From: the human T2T-CHM13v2.0 reference genome, Homo sapiens
Assembly (NCBI RefSeq): GCF_009914755.1
Contig: NC_060929.1
Length of the DNA stretch: 64,000 bases
Strand: one strand, 5' to 3'
The notes beneath the pieces were generated by a model. The model ran no database searches. It was given only the letters and a program-made list of their open reading frames with translations, and had not been told where the DNA came from. Both the position numbers and the translations under genes were made by a program. Within the stretch, counting starts at the first letter, position 1. Every line of letters begins with the position of its first letter. Positions 25,530 through 38,899 of the stretch are shown piece after piece.

Positions 25530-25980
25530 TAATAATAGCTAACATCTACTGAGGGTCTACTATGTGCCAGACTTTGCACTGGATCTTTATATGAATTATC
25601 TTTTACTATTATCATTACCACCACTAACTATGAAGCATTTACTGAACATATGTTATGTGCCAAGTATTTTTCTATGTATTTTATCTGCATTATCTAATTT
25701 AGTCCTTACAACAACTGTATGTGCTAAATATTTCGTATTTCAATTCTTACATAAAGAAATTCTGAAAAATAACTGACTAACTTGTCCCTGATTCAATACC
25801 TTGCTCCCAGGTCACACAGATGAACAAGTGACAGAGCTGGGATTTTAATCCAGGCATCCTGAATCTGGAGTCCCAATCACTGCCTCATGATCTCATTGAA
25901 CCCCTAGGAGTAGCTCTTGCTATATGCAATTTACAGTTGATGAAATAGACTCATTGAGGCTGCATGATTTGCCAAGGACA
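25530..25980 (-). mobile_element. Nested MIR fragments
   Basis: AATAATAGCTAACATCTACTGAGGGTCTACTATGTGCCAG; AGGTCACACAG...GCTGGGATTTTAATCCAGGC. Confidence 0.7.
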
Positions 25981-27025
25981 TCAAGAACCTTCTGGTGTCC
26001 TCATTTAATCAACCCAGAAGGATCTTGCCTTGGATCACCCATTAAGAAAGTGCCAAGGGCACAGTGAATTTGTGTGTTCCCATCTCAAAGGTAAGGATGG
26101 GCTACTTACACTAAACGGTTTCCTCATCTGCTGCACAAGTCTCTCAGTTTTTGCCTCTGGTTACCTCTTTCATTTTCTGGCCATCTCATAAAATCTAGAA
26201 TACAACTTTTTTCTGTCATTCTTCCTTTCTTCTCTCTCTTCATTCCTAGCAAGTGAATCTCACCACATATAAATCTTAATCCAGAGAGATACTCCCTGAA
26301 ACTCAGTGAAGTCAGCCTGGGAGGTTTCAGGAAGACAGTAAGGGCAAATGAATCTCTAAATTACTTGTATTAATCAAATTCCTCCTAAATTTCCTCACTT
26401 CATTGTTTTCCCACATGACCACACCGGCTTAGAGCCAGATCCTTTCCTTAGCACAATTCGTGACACCTGATAGTCTTAAGAGTTGCTTGATCTAAGACAA
26501 TAAGTTACTGCTCTGCTGTAGAAAACCGGGTAGCATTTAACTGGTGGAAAGAAAAAGGGGTGGGCAGTAGTGAGCCGGAACTATTTATGAAGCTCCAAAT
26601 TGGACTTGACATGGCTGGAAGAAGGCAGGAAGAAAAGAGGGCAGAAAGCACAGGAAGAAGAGTCACCATAGTTTTCATGTGAATAAATATTAGAGCAGCT
26701 CGCTAAGGACACAGGTGATTACTTCCGTCATTTCTCAGCATATAGACCAGCAGGTGCAGATAAGGAGCATGTCCCTGTGGGAGGCTCAAGGTGCTGCAGT
26801 GGAAGTACTAGCATTTTGCAAATAGCCCGGAGTATGCAGGATGCTGGGCATGCATCACCTCATGTCGTTCTCACAAGAGCACTGCCAAAGTGGCTCCTAA
26901 ATAAAAATGACACAAACGGCTATACACTGAGAAGTAACTTTCCTGTCTTTGTCCCTGTCTAACGCCATTCCCGTGCTTAACCTTTAATGGGAGCCATTTG
27001 ATTTGTCCCTCATTTATCCCTCTGA

Positions 27026-27374
<349 letters not shown>

Positions 27375-27788
27375 TGAAATTATATAGTCTTATTTTTACC
27401 CAGGAGCAGTAGTATTATCCATGCTCTGTACTCACAGGGAAACCAAAGTTCAGATAAATTAACTGTTTCTTCCTCTGGGCTGGTCTGTGGCTGATGCAGA
27501 ATCCTCCTGCTCCTGGAGTTGCTGCTGGCAACAGGATCCAGCCTGAAGATCAAGGATCAAGGGACACAGCTGAGAGTCACTGTAGATTCTGAATTCAGAG
27601 TTGCTGCTTGAGTTAGCAAATTGGAAGCCCTGAAAAATGCCATTCCCCTTTCCTGTGGTGCTAAGAAATCAAAGATCTAAGCTTTTGCACCACTAATGCC
27701 TGAAGCTGGAGGTTTTCATGAACCATTCAATGGGTGTCTTTATGAAAGCTTCCTAGAAAGAAAGGCTGAGGTATGTGTGCTTGGGGTA

Positions 27789-27940
27789 AGGTTGTCAGAT
27801 AAAATACAGGGTGCCCAGTTAAATTTGAATGTCAGATAAGCAGTGAGTAATTTTTTATTATAAGTGTGCTTTGCAACACATTTGAATGTGTTTGAGGATG
27901 ATGATGATGATAATGATGATGAGCTAAATCTGACGGCCCC
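27789..27940 (+). mobile_element. MER53 hAT MITE, internally deleted, with a (GAT)n run
   Basis: AGGTTGTCAGATAAAATACAGGGTGCCCAGTTAAATTTGAATGTCAGATAA...GCTAAATCTGACGGCCC. Confidence 0.7.
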
Positions 27941-28239
27941 AGCATAGGGAGGTGTTGAACATTGGCCTTTAGTCCTCTAAGGAACAGCTGGCCTCAGATC
28001 TGAGGGGCTGATGGGTTCCTAAAGTTTTGGGTAAATTGGGATCTAACCCTTTATATTAATAAGTCCTAAAATAGAAGTCTTGACTTCTAGGTTTCATAAA
28101 CCTTAAGAATAGAGAAGACGGAGAACCTTCATTATTTCTGGAAATACGGCTTTTTGAGAGTTTTCTCAACCTCAATTAAACTGCCACAAAAGGGCCTGAG
28201 TATAGCAACTGTAGCCTAACCTAGCTAGTGCTGTGTTGG

Positions 28240-28730
28240 CATTTCTCGGAATTGTTTGTTGTTATTAATTTAGCAGGTGTAAAATGATTTATTTTACTTT
28301 GGTTTCACTTTCTTGATTATTTCATGAGCTAATATAAAATCATTGCATGATTGATTTCTGTTTCTTTACTATTCGTGTTTCTTCACCATTTGCACTCTTC
28401 TGTGTTTCTATTTGTGCTCCCCTTCATATAGAAAATAAACCCTTTTATCCATTTATGTCTAATTTTAAATGAGCTCATCACAGATTATTATAGATATTAG
28501 ACTGTCATATTTGATGAAAAACATTTTCTGTCTTGCTTCTTATCCCTTAATTTTAATTTTTAATTTACAGATGTTTAATGTTTATTCACATGAGTATATC
28601 AATATTATTTCCTTTGTAGTTGTTTCTATTTACTTCAAAGCAATAGAAATTTGTCATCCCTGTATTCATCTTATAAAAGTTTTACTTTCTACTTGTCTTT
28701 CTATGCTTAAGAAAAATCAATTAACTCTTT
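28240..28730 (-). mobile_element. Old L1 (L1ME-like) fragment
   Basis: T-rich antisense ORF2 C-terminal-like sequence. Confidence 0.5.
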
Positions 28731-28733
28731 AAT

Positions 28734-28934
28734 CTAGTGATTCTCAAAGAGTGGTTTGAGCATCACCTGCACCAGATTACCTGTTTTGTTTGTTTGTTTG
28801 TTTGTTTTAACGCCCATCCCCATTACCCTTGGAAGACCTTAGTAATCAAAGTTATTCCAAAGGACCATGAAAACATGTATTTTTAACCACCTTCTAGGTG
28901 ATTCTTCTGCATCTGAAGCTTGCAAATCACTTCT
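28734..28934. mobile_element. MER5-type hAT-Charlie MITE
   Basis: TAGTGATTCTCAAA...ATTTTTAACCACCTTCTAGGTGATTC...TTTGCAAATCACTT. Confidence 0.65.
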
Positions 28935-31900
28935 TTAAGCCATATGAAATTACTAGACATCTTTGTTTTCAAGCAATAAGTTGACTCGAGATAAGCAAAA
29001 ATAATATTTGTTGGAAAAATTGGGAGAGTGGATGTAATTGAAGTAAAACCTGAGGAGCTTGGCTTGGAGATGGAAAGATCACGCAGCTCCGGCAGACCTG
29101 AAAAGAATACAGGAGTGAAATGAAGGAACACTCACTGTCCTCGACCCATCTCCACCCCCACTCCTCAGGATGTAAGCTCCATGGGAACAGGGATCTCTGC
29201 CAGAGCAGGTGCTCAATGAGTGTTTTTTCTTGTTGTTGCTCCATTCACAGCCCCTTGAAACTGTCTCCAATTGTCCTGACTTCGGCGACAGCCACCTTGT
29301 GACCAGAAAAGGGCAGAGAATTTATAGTCCCACCCACACTGCATATACAGAAGAGGTTATCTCCCAAAGGAAATTAAATTTATCACCACAGGAAGGAAGC
29401 AACATCTTCAGTGGGTTAAAAACAATTATCTAGTGTATCATCATATAAAATATGGCTCTAAGATAATTTTTTCCCAAATGGTTTGCCAATTATTCCCCAA
29501 ATCGCTTATTCATTCATCAGTTTTTCAATATTTCTTATACTGAGTACTTTACTTAACATGGGTCACACGGCAACAGCCAGTTACATCTATATTGAGATTT
29601 GTATTTTTATTCCATACACCTGGAACTGGAGGTTAATAACATTAAATTCACTTCATTTAAGATACCAGGTTTTCCCATTACCTTTTAGAAACCATTAAAA
29701 GATTAAATAGGCTGTTCCTTGTGCTACCTACTTGGTTTCATTTTCTCCAAATATGCTTCTAGTTTTAATAACCTTATTCTTTGAATTGCAGGCATCTTGC
29801 ATTTCCCTCTAGGACTAAAAGTATGTTTGTTTAGCAATGGAACTCACTCTGCTTTTTTTCTCTGTCTTTAGGTATAATCCACACAGAAATCAATCATGCA
29901 ATTAAAAATTTTCTTCTTTGAACTTCTCAATAACAGTGATCTCAATCTTTTTCATGTGAGTTTATTTTAGGAGATATAAAGCCACAGAAAACCAAAGAGG
30001 AAAGCTCTAGCAATATGTACCCATAATTTCTCAAGGTTCTTTAGCATTCAAGGGAGGCTTTCTGCTTAATAGCCAAATAATTCTATCTAAACCCCCATTC
30101 AATATTTTATCAATTTATTGTATAATAGCTATATTTTATCCTCCTTCTTACTCCTGAGAATTCTCAGGAAATAGTTCACACAATAACAAATCCACCTTGA
30201 TTATCATTGGCCATCTCTTACTCTGAACCACTGCTGTAGGCCCCTCTGCTGGTCACCTCTCACAACTGTTTCTCAGGATCTTTTTGCAAGATGTTCTCAA
30301 AGAACACAGCCCAAGGGACACAGCCCCTGTCTTGGTATAGCCCATGCCAGAAGAACACAGACCTTTTCCTAATTCTCCTTAACCCAGCACATGCTAAGCT
30401 GTGAGGTCTGATGTCTACTGAAATATTGATAATAATGCAAGGAAAATGAAAATTTGTAACTGATACGAGATAGAACCACTCCTATGATCCATAGGTCTGA
30501 GAGTGTTTTTCCTCCTTCCTTCCTTTCAAGAACTGGCTCATCTCCCCCATGAGAATTTTATTGTCTTTTTTGCCCATTGAGTCCAAACTCTTACCTGCTT
30601 CAGCCCCAGAGGAATGAAAAAGCAAACCTACCCCCTTCCCTAATTTAAGGCCCAATTTATTTCTTTGATAGAATAAATCACAATAAAAACATATCCTTTC
30701 CACTATTCTGGGCTCCAGACAAGGCCACTAGAAAGTATAGTTCTCTACATATGTTCATCTGACTGGGGGACACAGAACACTTTAATCCACAGTGAACTAA
30801 ACCACACCAGCTGCAGATCATGTTTACAGCTCAGCTGAAACAAAACATCAGATCTGCCTGCTGCCTGTTGGGAGGAATCAGGTCTTAGGAAGATCTATCA
30901 ATATTTAAGCCAACATATTTCCCAAGAGAAAACAGTGATTTTTCTGGGATAGCCCAAACTAAATCTACATGAAGAAAATAAAACATCTCTTCTTGTAAGG
31001 ACACAGTCATATCAAGGATACTCCCAATTTGTATTACTAACAGAGCACATAACTTACATCCTGATCTGAAAACTTTAGCAGGATTTTACTGACATCGTGG
31101 GTTCAGAGCTTCCCTGAGTGGAGGGAAAAGCAGGCATCTGTCTTACATGTATGTGATGTAATGTGTCGCCAAAGACTTAAGGCTAGGAAAGCAGTCCAGG
31201 AGGGCAAAATAAGCCTTGAATTCCCTGGTGAAGCATGATGAGTGATGTACAGAGGAATTTGGTAAACAGCAGGCTGAAAGTTTATGCTGGCAAATGTTAC
31301 CTCCAGCAGCAAGACCCAGTATGAGAGACAAATGAAACATCCTTGGCAGCAAAGGCAGGTTTCTATTATCTTTGTTGTAAGGAGGCTTATCCTTGGGTCA
31401 CAAAAGTCTGTCCAGGGTAATGATTCAGAATGCCATAGGGAGCTGCCAACAGCAAGGGCTGAAGGGAGGATTTGATTCATCTCTTGCTGGTATTGCTTCT
31501 CTTGCGGTTTCAATGCTAGAAGTGAAGTATCAGTGACAAGAGCTTGCTCTCCTGGAGAGGTGTTCAGAAGGCACAGGAGCCAGCAAGGTGGGCTCCATTT
31601 CAGGTCTTCACCATTTATGAGCTGGGCGGCTGTAACTCTGGGCGAGGTGTTTCAAATTTCTACCTGCCAGCTGGAAAATAGCACAGCGAATGGAGGATCT
31701 GGGCATGCTTTACTAGTTTTCAAGCTTGGATGACGGGGGGATTGGCAAAAGTGAACACCTAAGGGGAGATGGATACAGATGGCAAGACAGAGAATCACGG
31801 GACCCCTTTTACAAATGAGTAGCCCCCAACTGTCAGATAATTTGAGCTCGGTTTCCCTGCAGTTTGTCCTTTTCAGATTTTTTTGTAAAAGTTTAAAGGA

Positions 31901-31964
31901 GCTCCAGCACAATTCATTTGACAATAGTAACTATTTACTGTGACTACTTCCAATTGTGGCCAAG

Positions 31965-31983
31965 ATCTGCCCTCTAGTGGTCT
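31965..31983 (-). promoter_or_regulatory. CTCF motif, reverse orientation
   Basis: Minus strand AGACCACTAGAGGGCAGAT matches core CCAC/GYAGRKGGCR. Unique sequence with retained CpGs nearby. Confidence 0.6.
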
Positions 31984-32399
31984 GACAATTGCAATGCCTC
32001 TTACTATTACATTGTTGAACTTGGTAATTTTCAACGGTCGGGCGACCCCTGTTGTCATAATAGTCGTATCTCAGTATGTTGAGCTAAAAGAAACTTCAAA
32101 AATCATCTGGTCTGTTTCTTTTCATAACTAATTCCTCCCAAAAATGCACCTGGCTCTTGCTTTAACACCCAACTCCACGTAAAGATAGCAGAGCAAAACA
32201 GGATCACAGAAACTTCTTTCCCCACCTGATGAAATGGTTATTTTTTAAGCCAAATAATACATTAGCGGCTAGAGAGGAAAGGGTACTGCTTGAATCATAA
32301 GGTTTGGCATCCATGAAAAGAAAGATTCTGATATGACTGGTACAACTTCTAAGGCCAGCCCTTCTCCCAAAAGCAAAGGTAGTCAACGAAATACTGAGA

Positions 32400-33720
32400 A
32401 TTCAAAAGAATATGCTTTAATTAAAAAATAAATAGAAAGCCACACCCACCTCTGAAACTGATTCTTTGGTGAGGAGAAGACACGATAGTTCCAGATAAAG
32501 TGAGAAAGACATCAAGGAGAATCCATCCGCGTCATTTTACAGAAACTACAAACAAAACTGCTCCCTGTTAAGCATGAGCAAAATGAAAAGAAACAGTACA
32601 AAATTATGCAAATCTGCTACTACAAAATAAGTAGTAAGCAAGAAAAAGGCAAAACAAAACCAAAACCAAAAACCCTCAGGAAGAAAATAAAACTCAAAGG
32701 TGAAGTGCAAGTTCTTTTTGAACGCTTAATTACAGAGAAGAGTTCATTAAGAATATCAATTCAGTAAAACAGTACCTCTAAGATAAATTATAAAATAAAG
32801 AAGATGGAAGAAGACATTGTGGAGCTAAGAAAAATTGAAAAACAAAACAATGAGTTATAAATGTAATAAGTTATAAATTGCAAAGGAGAGAAAAATGTAG
32901 CTGCAAATGTCATGGAGAGATGGCTGGGGACAGTCATAGAAAATGCAGGATGAAAAGACAAAGCAATTAAAATAAAGGTAGATACAGAGAGAAAAAATTA
33001 TCCAACGTGAAGACAACTGACATCCTTAGAGTACAAGGAAAGAAAAAAGAGAATTCAAAGATATAACCTAAAAAGTTTTCTGAAAAGAAGAACGGTATTA
33101 ATGGATAAAAAAGAGGACAATTATGTCAAGAGAAATTGATACAGAATGGTCTAAATTGGGAAATTTCCTGGTTAAACTGTTAAGTGTTAAGAATCCAGAA
33201 AAAAATTTGACATTTAGGCAGAAAACGGCAAGTCAGCCCCTATAGGGGGAAAAAGTCAAGTGGTTTCAAGGCTTTGCCATGGCAACTCCAGTACCAAGGG
33301 ACATGGAGTAATGACCACCAACTTCTGAGAGAAACAACATGATTCAAAAATATTGTACCAAGCTAGGGTGTCACCAAGCATGGAGATAAAGGGCAGATAT
33401 TTTTTGACACGCAAGAGCTCGGGAAATATAATACTCATGAACTCTTTTTGAAACAAAACCAAACTACACACAACTGGCAAGTAATCCCATCGAACAAGAG
33501 ATGAAAAATAATAAAGAACTCGAGTGAAAAAGCTGTGATGAAAAGAACTCATGTGGAACACCATGTTTATTTAATTTCACAGCTAAGGCTAATCCTGTGT
33601 GGCCTTGAAGGTAGTATAAGGGAATGTATCATTAAGTCCTAACAAAGTGAAAATAATATAAGCAAAACCTGGAAAAGAGTGAGATGAAAGGAAGAGTAAA
33701 CAGTAATTATCTTATCTTTT
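32400..33720 (+). mobile_element. HAL1 / old L1 ORF1-like element
   Basis: ORF1 C-terminal-like sequence AACTTCTGAGAGAAA...AAATATTGTACCAAGC...ACACGCAAGAGCTCGGGAAATATAATACTCATGAACTCTTTTTGAAAC, with no ORF2 following. Confidence 0.6.
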
Positions 33721-33724
33721 GTAA

Positions 33725-34069
33725 CAGGGGTCAGCAAATGACAGCCTGTGGGCCAAATGTGGCCCACTTCCTGTTTTTGTAAATAAACATTTATTGAAAC
33801 ACAACTACATTCATTCATTTACGTATTGTCTCTGGCTGCTTTCACGCTGTAATAGCAGAGCTGAACAGTTGTGACCAAGTTCTTTTAGCCCACAAAGCCT
33901 AAAATATTTACTACCTGACCCTTTGCAGGAAACATTTGCCGAGAGAGAAAAGCTCATTAAGAATATGAATTCCGTAAAACAATACCTCTAAGATAAATTA
34001 TAAAATAAAGAAGATGAAAGAAGGCATTGCAGAGCTAAGAAAAATGGAAAAACGAAACAATGAGTTATG
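33725..34069 (+). mobile_element. MER58A hAT-Charlie MITE with a 125-bp foreign insert in its right TIR
   Basis: CAGGGGTCAGCAAA...TTTTGTAAATAAAC...AAAGCCTAAAATATTTAC...TTTGCCGA[insert]TG. Perfect 8-bp TSD TTTTGTAA at 33717-33724 and 34070-34077. Confidence 0.85.
33944..34068 (+). repeat. Dispersed direct repeat, copy of 32734-32858
   Basis: Ungapped hand alignment: 125 bp with 11 mismatches. Confidence 0.93.
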
Positions 34070-34628
34070 TTTTGTAACACTATTTTACAACACTGAGACA
34101 ATCTATAATAACTAAAATTGAAATGTGTGGCTCAAAAAATGAGTCCGTTTTTAAAAATGCTTCAGTAATGTCTTTAACTTTAGAGGGATCTCTACTGAGG
34201 ACGTTTTTATCCAACAGGATGTGTACATATACAGGCACAGAGAGATGTCTAAAGTAATATTCATCAAAAGTACTTGTTACTCCCACATGGTAAAATATGG
34301 AGTAATGTGTTGCTTTTGTGTTGGTGTAGTGTCTGATTTTTTTGTAATGAGCATGTATAATTCTTTAGAAAACAGTAAGAGTAATTCAAGTGATTAATTA
34401 CTCTTAAAAATAAAAAGGCCAGTCGATTTCATCTTCAACCCAGCTTTCCTAAGAACAGTCAACCTGTTATTTGGGAGCTTCCTCAGGCCCCCTTCTCTTC
34501 ACCTCAAAATTTTGGTATGAATTTTGGAAATGTGATTGGAGGATTCCTGTATATTCCATAATTAAGCGTCGGGGAGTTTTCTTTCTTCATTTCCTAGATT
34601 TGCCATCAATGTGGATTAAGAATTACTT

Positions 34629-34647
34629 GGAACAGCAGAGGGCGCCC
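34629..34647 (+). promoter_or_regulatory. CTCF-like motif, forward orientation
   Basis: GGAACAGCAGAGGGCGCCC, one mismatch at the first C of the core, CpG retained. Confidence 0.45.
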
Positions 34648-34759
34648 TGCTCCATGTTTATAGGAATGTAATGTAAGTACCTGACCAGTACTGCCGTTTG
34701 GAACTTGTGTGAATGAAAGCCAGTAAGTGATCGCCTGTAGGACTCAGTTTCCCCATCTC

Positions 34760-35349
34760 CCACACCTTTCTTCTGCCAACCCATCCCCCACACTGCAGAA
34801 CAGATCATGCCGCCCTTCTGACAGCAACCCTTCTGTGACTTCCCTTTGCACTCAGAATAAATTCTCAACTCCTTAACTAAGGCAGAAGAGGCCCCCACAC
34901 GATCGCGCTCCTGCCATCTCACTCCATGCTCCACATTACACTTGATACCTCCACTACGCTGGCATTTAGTCAGTGTCTAGACCATATTGAGCTCTTTCCC
35001 ATCTCTGGGCCTTTGCATTTGCTGTTTCCTCTGCTGAGCAATTTCCTCTCCCGAGCTCTTTGCATTTTTAAGGAATCTTTCTCAATGTTTGTCACCTCCT
35101 CAGAGAGGCCCTCCGTGATGACCCTACCAAAAATCTCACCCACTTTATTTTCTATCACAGCACTATTTATATTATCTTACTTCTACTTCTCACAGTCTGT
35201 GATTGTTTTATTTGTTACTATGTTTTGTCTGTCTCTCCCACTAGAACCTAACTTCCACAAGAGCAGGAAGCTGCCTGTTTTCTTCATTGTTACATCTTCA
35301 GCATCAAGCGCTTAGTAAGTACTCATAAATATTTGTTGAATGAATGAAT
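34760..35349 (+). mobile_element. L2 LINE 3' end
   Basis: GGGCCTTTGCATTTGCTGTTTCCTCTGC, GTCACCTCCTCAGAGAGGCCCTCC, terminal AAATATTTGTTGAATGAATGAAT. Confidence 0.85.
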
Positions 35350-35418
35350 AGACTTGCAAGATGTGTGTCCTGGCTGCTCTCTCAAGGCTACTATAAAAAG
35401 AAAAAGTGAGAAAGTTCT

Positions 35419-35812
35419 TGTGGTGGGTCAAATTGTATTTCTCTCTAAATTTATGTGCTGCAGACCTAACCCCCAGTACTTCAGAATATGATTGTATTTG
35501 GAGATGGGGCCTTTAATGTGGCACTTAAGGTAAAATGAGGTCATATTGGTGCACCCTAATCCAATTTAACTGGTGTTTTTATAAGAAGAGCAAATGCAGA
35601 CACACAGAGAGACACCAGGGGTGCACAAGCACAGAGAAAAGACCACATGAGGCTGCTGACTTCAAGCCAAGGAAATAATTCTCAAAAAAGCCAAACCTGC
35701 CCACACCTTGCTCTTGACTTCCAGCCCCCACAGCTGTGTGAAAATAAATTTCTGTTGTTTAAGCCACCCACTCTGTGGTACTTTGTTATGGCAGCCCAAG
35801 CAAACTAATACA
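35419..35812 (+). mobile_element. MLT1B-like MaLR solo LTR
   Basis: TGTGGTGGG...CTAACCCCCAGTACTTCAGAATATGA...AATAAATTTCTGTTGTTTAAGCCACCC...AAACTAATACA. Confidence 0.88.
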
Positions 35813-35969
35813 CACCTTTATAAATCAAATAGTAGTAAGCAAAAGTGACAACTTAATATTTGAAAGAGCAATGATTAGGCATTAATGGTGGATTGAAATG
35901 GCAAGTTATGTTACAGCTATTCCATTGACGGAACAGAACTTGAGAAGGTAAATACTGAAGCTGGAGAGG

Positions 35970-36970
35970 CAGGGATGACTACATATTTTGCAGAGTACAG
36001 GGCAAAATCAAAATGTGGAGTTCCTTGTTCAAAAGGCAGGAAAAAAGTGCTGTTAAAGATACAAAATATAAAACTTTCTCTTTATTCCATGGCTTCTTTC
36101 TCCACTCATCATAGTGTTTTTACTTTGCTATTTATGTAGCTCTAAGAACAATTTAAAATTATCAGCATCAATTTTACCACTTGTCTTTATATTGTAGAAT
36201 ATTAGTTTTAAAATATAACATTTAAATATTAGTTTAAATGTCACAGCATTTAGCTTGATGTAGAAGCACTGAAATTACATTTTCTGTATCTGGTAGCTCA
36301 CACATGCATAGGTATTGCCTCCTCATCAGAACTGTGGAAATGCTGCCAAGAAAAACAAACTCAACTGTGTTTATTTTACTTCTTGACATGTGCATATTCT
36401 ACCAACACTATCTTCAGCTTACTGGCGAGGAAGGAAGGAGTAAAATGAGAAGACACTATAGGCCATCCACATTTCCCTTTCCTTCTGTGTCACCATTTTC
36501 AGCCTCAGTGGGTGGCTAACACAGGGAAGTAACATGAGTAAGAAAGGATATGAAAGGGATCCTTGGTCATTTGTGTTTCTCAGAATGCCACTGAACAGAA
36601 AGCATGGCCCCTGGGGGCTGTCAGTGTCCCCATTTACCCAGTAGATGTAACACACTCTGTATTCGCTGTGATTCTCACTGCACTCCATGTGTCCTGGGTA
36701 CAGTTGACTTCTCTGTCCAGGGCATCCTAAATGTTATATGTGAGTGGGGAGGCAAGGAATGGCAGTGGACCCATAGATTACACGTGTTTCCTCTGATCCC
36801 ATGCATGCTCCACTGTCTCATTGGACTTTACCTATAGAACACAAGTTCAAAGAAAAAATTATTCAGGATTTCAGGACGGCTACAGCAGAGCATTAAACCA
36901 CATGCATGGCCCTCTGAGTGTGGGTCCCTGTGCAACGCGCACAAATCATGAGCTCTTGGAGCCAGCCCTG
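35970..36970 (-). mobile_element. MER45B-like hAT-Tip100 element
   Basis: CAGGGATGACT...GGGCAAAATCAAAATGTGGAG...CAGCAGAGCATTAAACCA...GCCAGCCCTG termini, ~1 kb. Confidence 0.75.
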
Positions 36971-38249
36971 GAGAAAAGTGAAGCCATCCTTCAAAGAGCA
37001 AAGAAAGTAAATGGGTCCCAGACTGCTTGCAAGCTAATTCCCAAAGAATAAATATCCTGCGGAGGTCCCTAAAGCCTTTCTATAGAGAAGTGCCAAAGTG
37101 TGGTTCAGTACCCCACCCTTAGCAGGAGACACAGGAATTAACAGTCATGTGCTATTGATTTTCACGTTGGCACGTATTATCTCAGGTTCTATGGGATTTG
37201 CAAGTGAGACTGAGAACCTATAAACATATAAAACCATCTTCCTAGGGAAATTGTGTTTCTGAGTTTCCAAAGACCAACTTGCAAATCTTCTTTGGGAACC
37301 CACTCTATTTCTAGGTAAAAGCTATTCACACCTGGGAGTCCTGGGAGGCCATTTAGCTCTTAACAAGGCAGAGGCCAGTCAGGCACTTTACTGAGATCAT
37401 TAAGAGACAGGTGGAGGCAACCAAGTACAGTGGGATCCCTGGGCTGGAAGTCGGGAGACATGGGTGGGAGGATGACTCTGATAGTAAAGTGTGTGAACTT
37501 AATCAACTTGCTTTCAAACACAGAGTCTCATTTCTCTCTTTTGTGAAACAAGAAAGTTGGATTTGATGGTCCCCAAGGGCCCACACTGGGCTAAAAATAA
37601 CCAAAACCAGGAAAACTTTCTGACAGAGAAGGCAGAGAGAAAAAAAAAATGCCAAAGTCACATGGAAGAACTTGGCAGTGAAAAATGAACTGAAGACGCT
37701 TTTAGAAACCTCTGTGGGCTGGTTCCCTTTGCAGGTCTTCTAAGTCCCCTGGATGTTGAGGTCTGACTTCTGCCAGACCAGAAGAGTATGACCTGGGCAG
37801 GGTCTCCAGCAGCTTCTCCAGCTCACCTGTCCTCCTGCCCACTAGCCTGGGCAGTGCCTTTCCCCTGTCACTCTCTAGTCCAACTTTGGCCAACTGGTGA
37901 CCCTGGGCCAGAGAAAGATCCTGAATGACTTGGGACCTCTTGAATGTTTTTATCACTACCCTTATTGCTGTTAACACATTCCTGACCTCTGACCACCTTA
38001 AGTCTCTGGGAACTTTGGTGGAAACAAATCAAACAAGTAGCAATAGAGTGTGGAAGAAAGTAAGTGGGGTGAACTCCTGAGATCTAGCTTTGGCCTGATA
38101 TTAACAAGTTGAGTGACCTCAAACAGATCCTTTTCTTCCTGGATCACTGGATTTTGTCTTTTTCCTTCACTTGAGTGAAGTGAATTCTCAGGTGATAGCA
38201 CCCTGTTTTTCACTTGTGGATATACCTCTCCTCTATTGTGAAATCATAA

Positions 38250-38682
38250 TGTTTAGGTGGGACTGACCCTTCCCCCAGTTGGCAGATCCCATCCCTCTGG
38301 CCACAGTGATGGGCCACGGCTGAGAACAGGACCCAGTTAGAGCCAGTGAAAAGACTTGAGAACTGTAACTGGACTTCTGAGGGAGAAAGGTTATCTGTTC
38401 AATAGATTTGAGGTCATGAGCATGTGAGGCTTGGAGCTGCTCTAACCATCTTGCTGTCACGAAACAGCCAGCTATGAAGTAAAGCCAATACATGAATGGA
38501 GAAAAGCAGAGCAAATATAAAAGTAGACACACTGTGTCTCAATGACATTCTCTGAACTCCTAGATCAAACTGTGCCCCAAACCAAAAGCCACCCCTGGAT
38601 TTAAGCCAATGAATTCCTTTGCTCATTTAAACTGGTTTAAACAGGACTTTTGGTCACTTGCAAGGGTAATAATCCTAGCTAC
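38250..38682 (+). mobile_element. Old MLT1 (J/K-like) LTR
   Basis: CCCTCTGGCCACAGTGAT...TGGAGCTGCTCTAACCATCTTG...GCCAATGAATTCCTT...GTCACTTGCAA. Confidence 0.65.
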
Positions 38683-38899
38683 TATACTCACATCTCTGAA
38701 CCTTAATTCCCTCTACTGCAAAACAGCTGTTTTGTGGGTAGTAATTACCATAAGAGAGCATAACGGTATTATCTCTTTCAGGAGTGGCCATAATTCCAAG
38801 GTAGCAAAGACAATTTTTCAAAATGCCAAGAGCTGCTTTCTTCATTCACTAAGCATCATATTTTCAGCATCTTGGACATCTTACATGACAGCCTTTAAT

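Noticed and set aside
27895-27935. TGATGA...CTGA resembling C/D snoRNA boxes
   Set aside because: It is a (GAT)n microsatellite abutting the MER53 terminus. The boxes are too close together and there is no terminal stem.
31103-31513. 136-aa minus-strand ORF in unique sequence (also 49666-50088 and 40393-40722)
   Set aside because: No recognisable domain and no convincing exon structure. Some rely on non-ATG starts, and lengths are within chance expectation.
31984-32000. TGCAAT upstream of the reverse CTCF core as a possible upstream module
   Set aside because: Spacing to the core is about 4-5 nt shorter than the known upstream-motif spacing.
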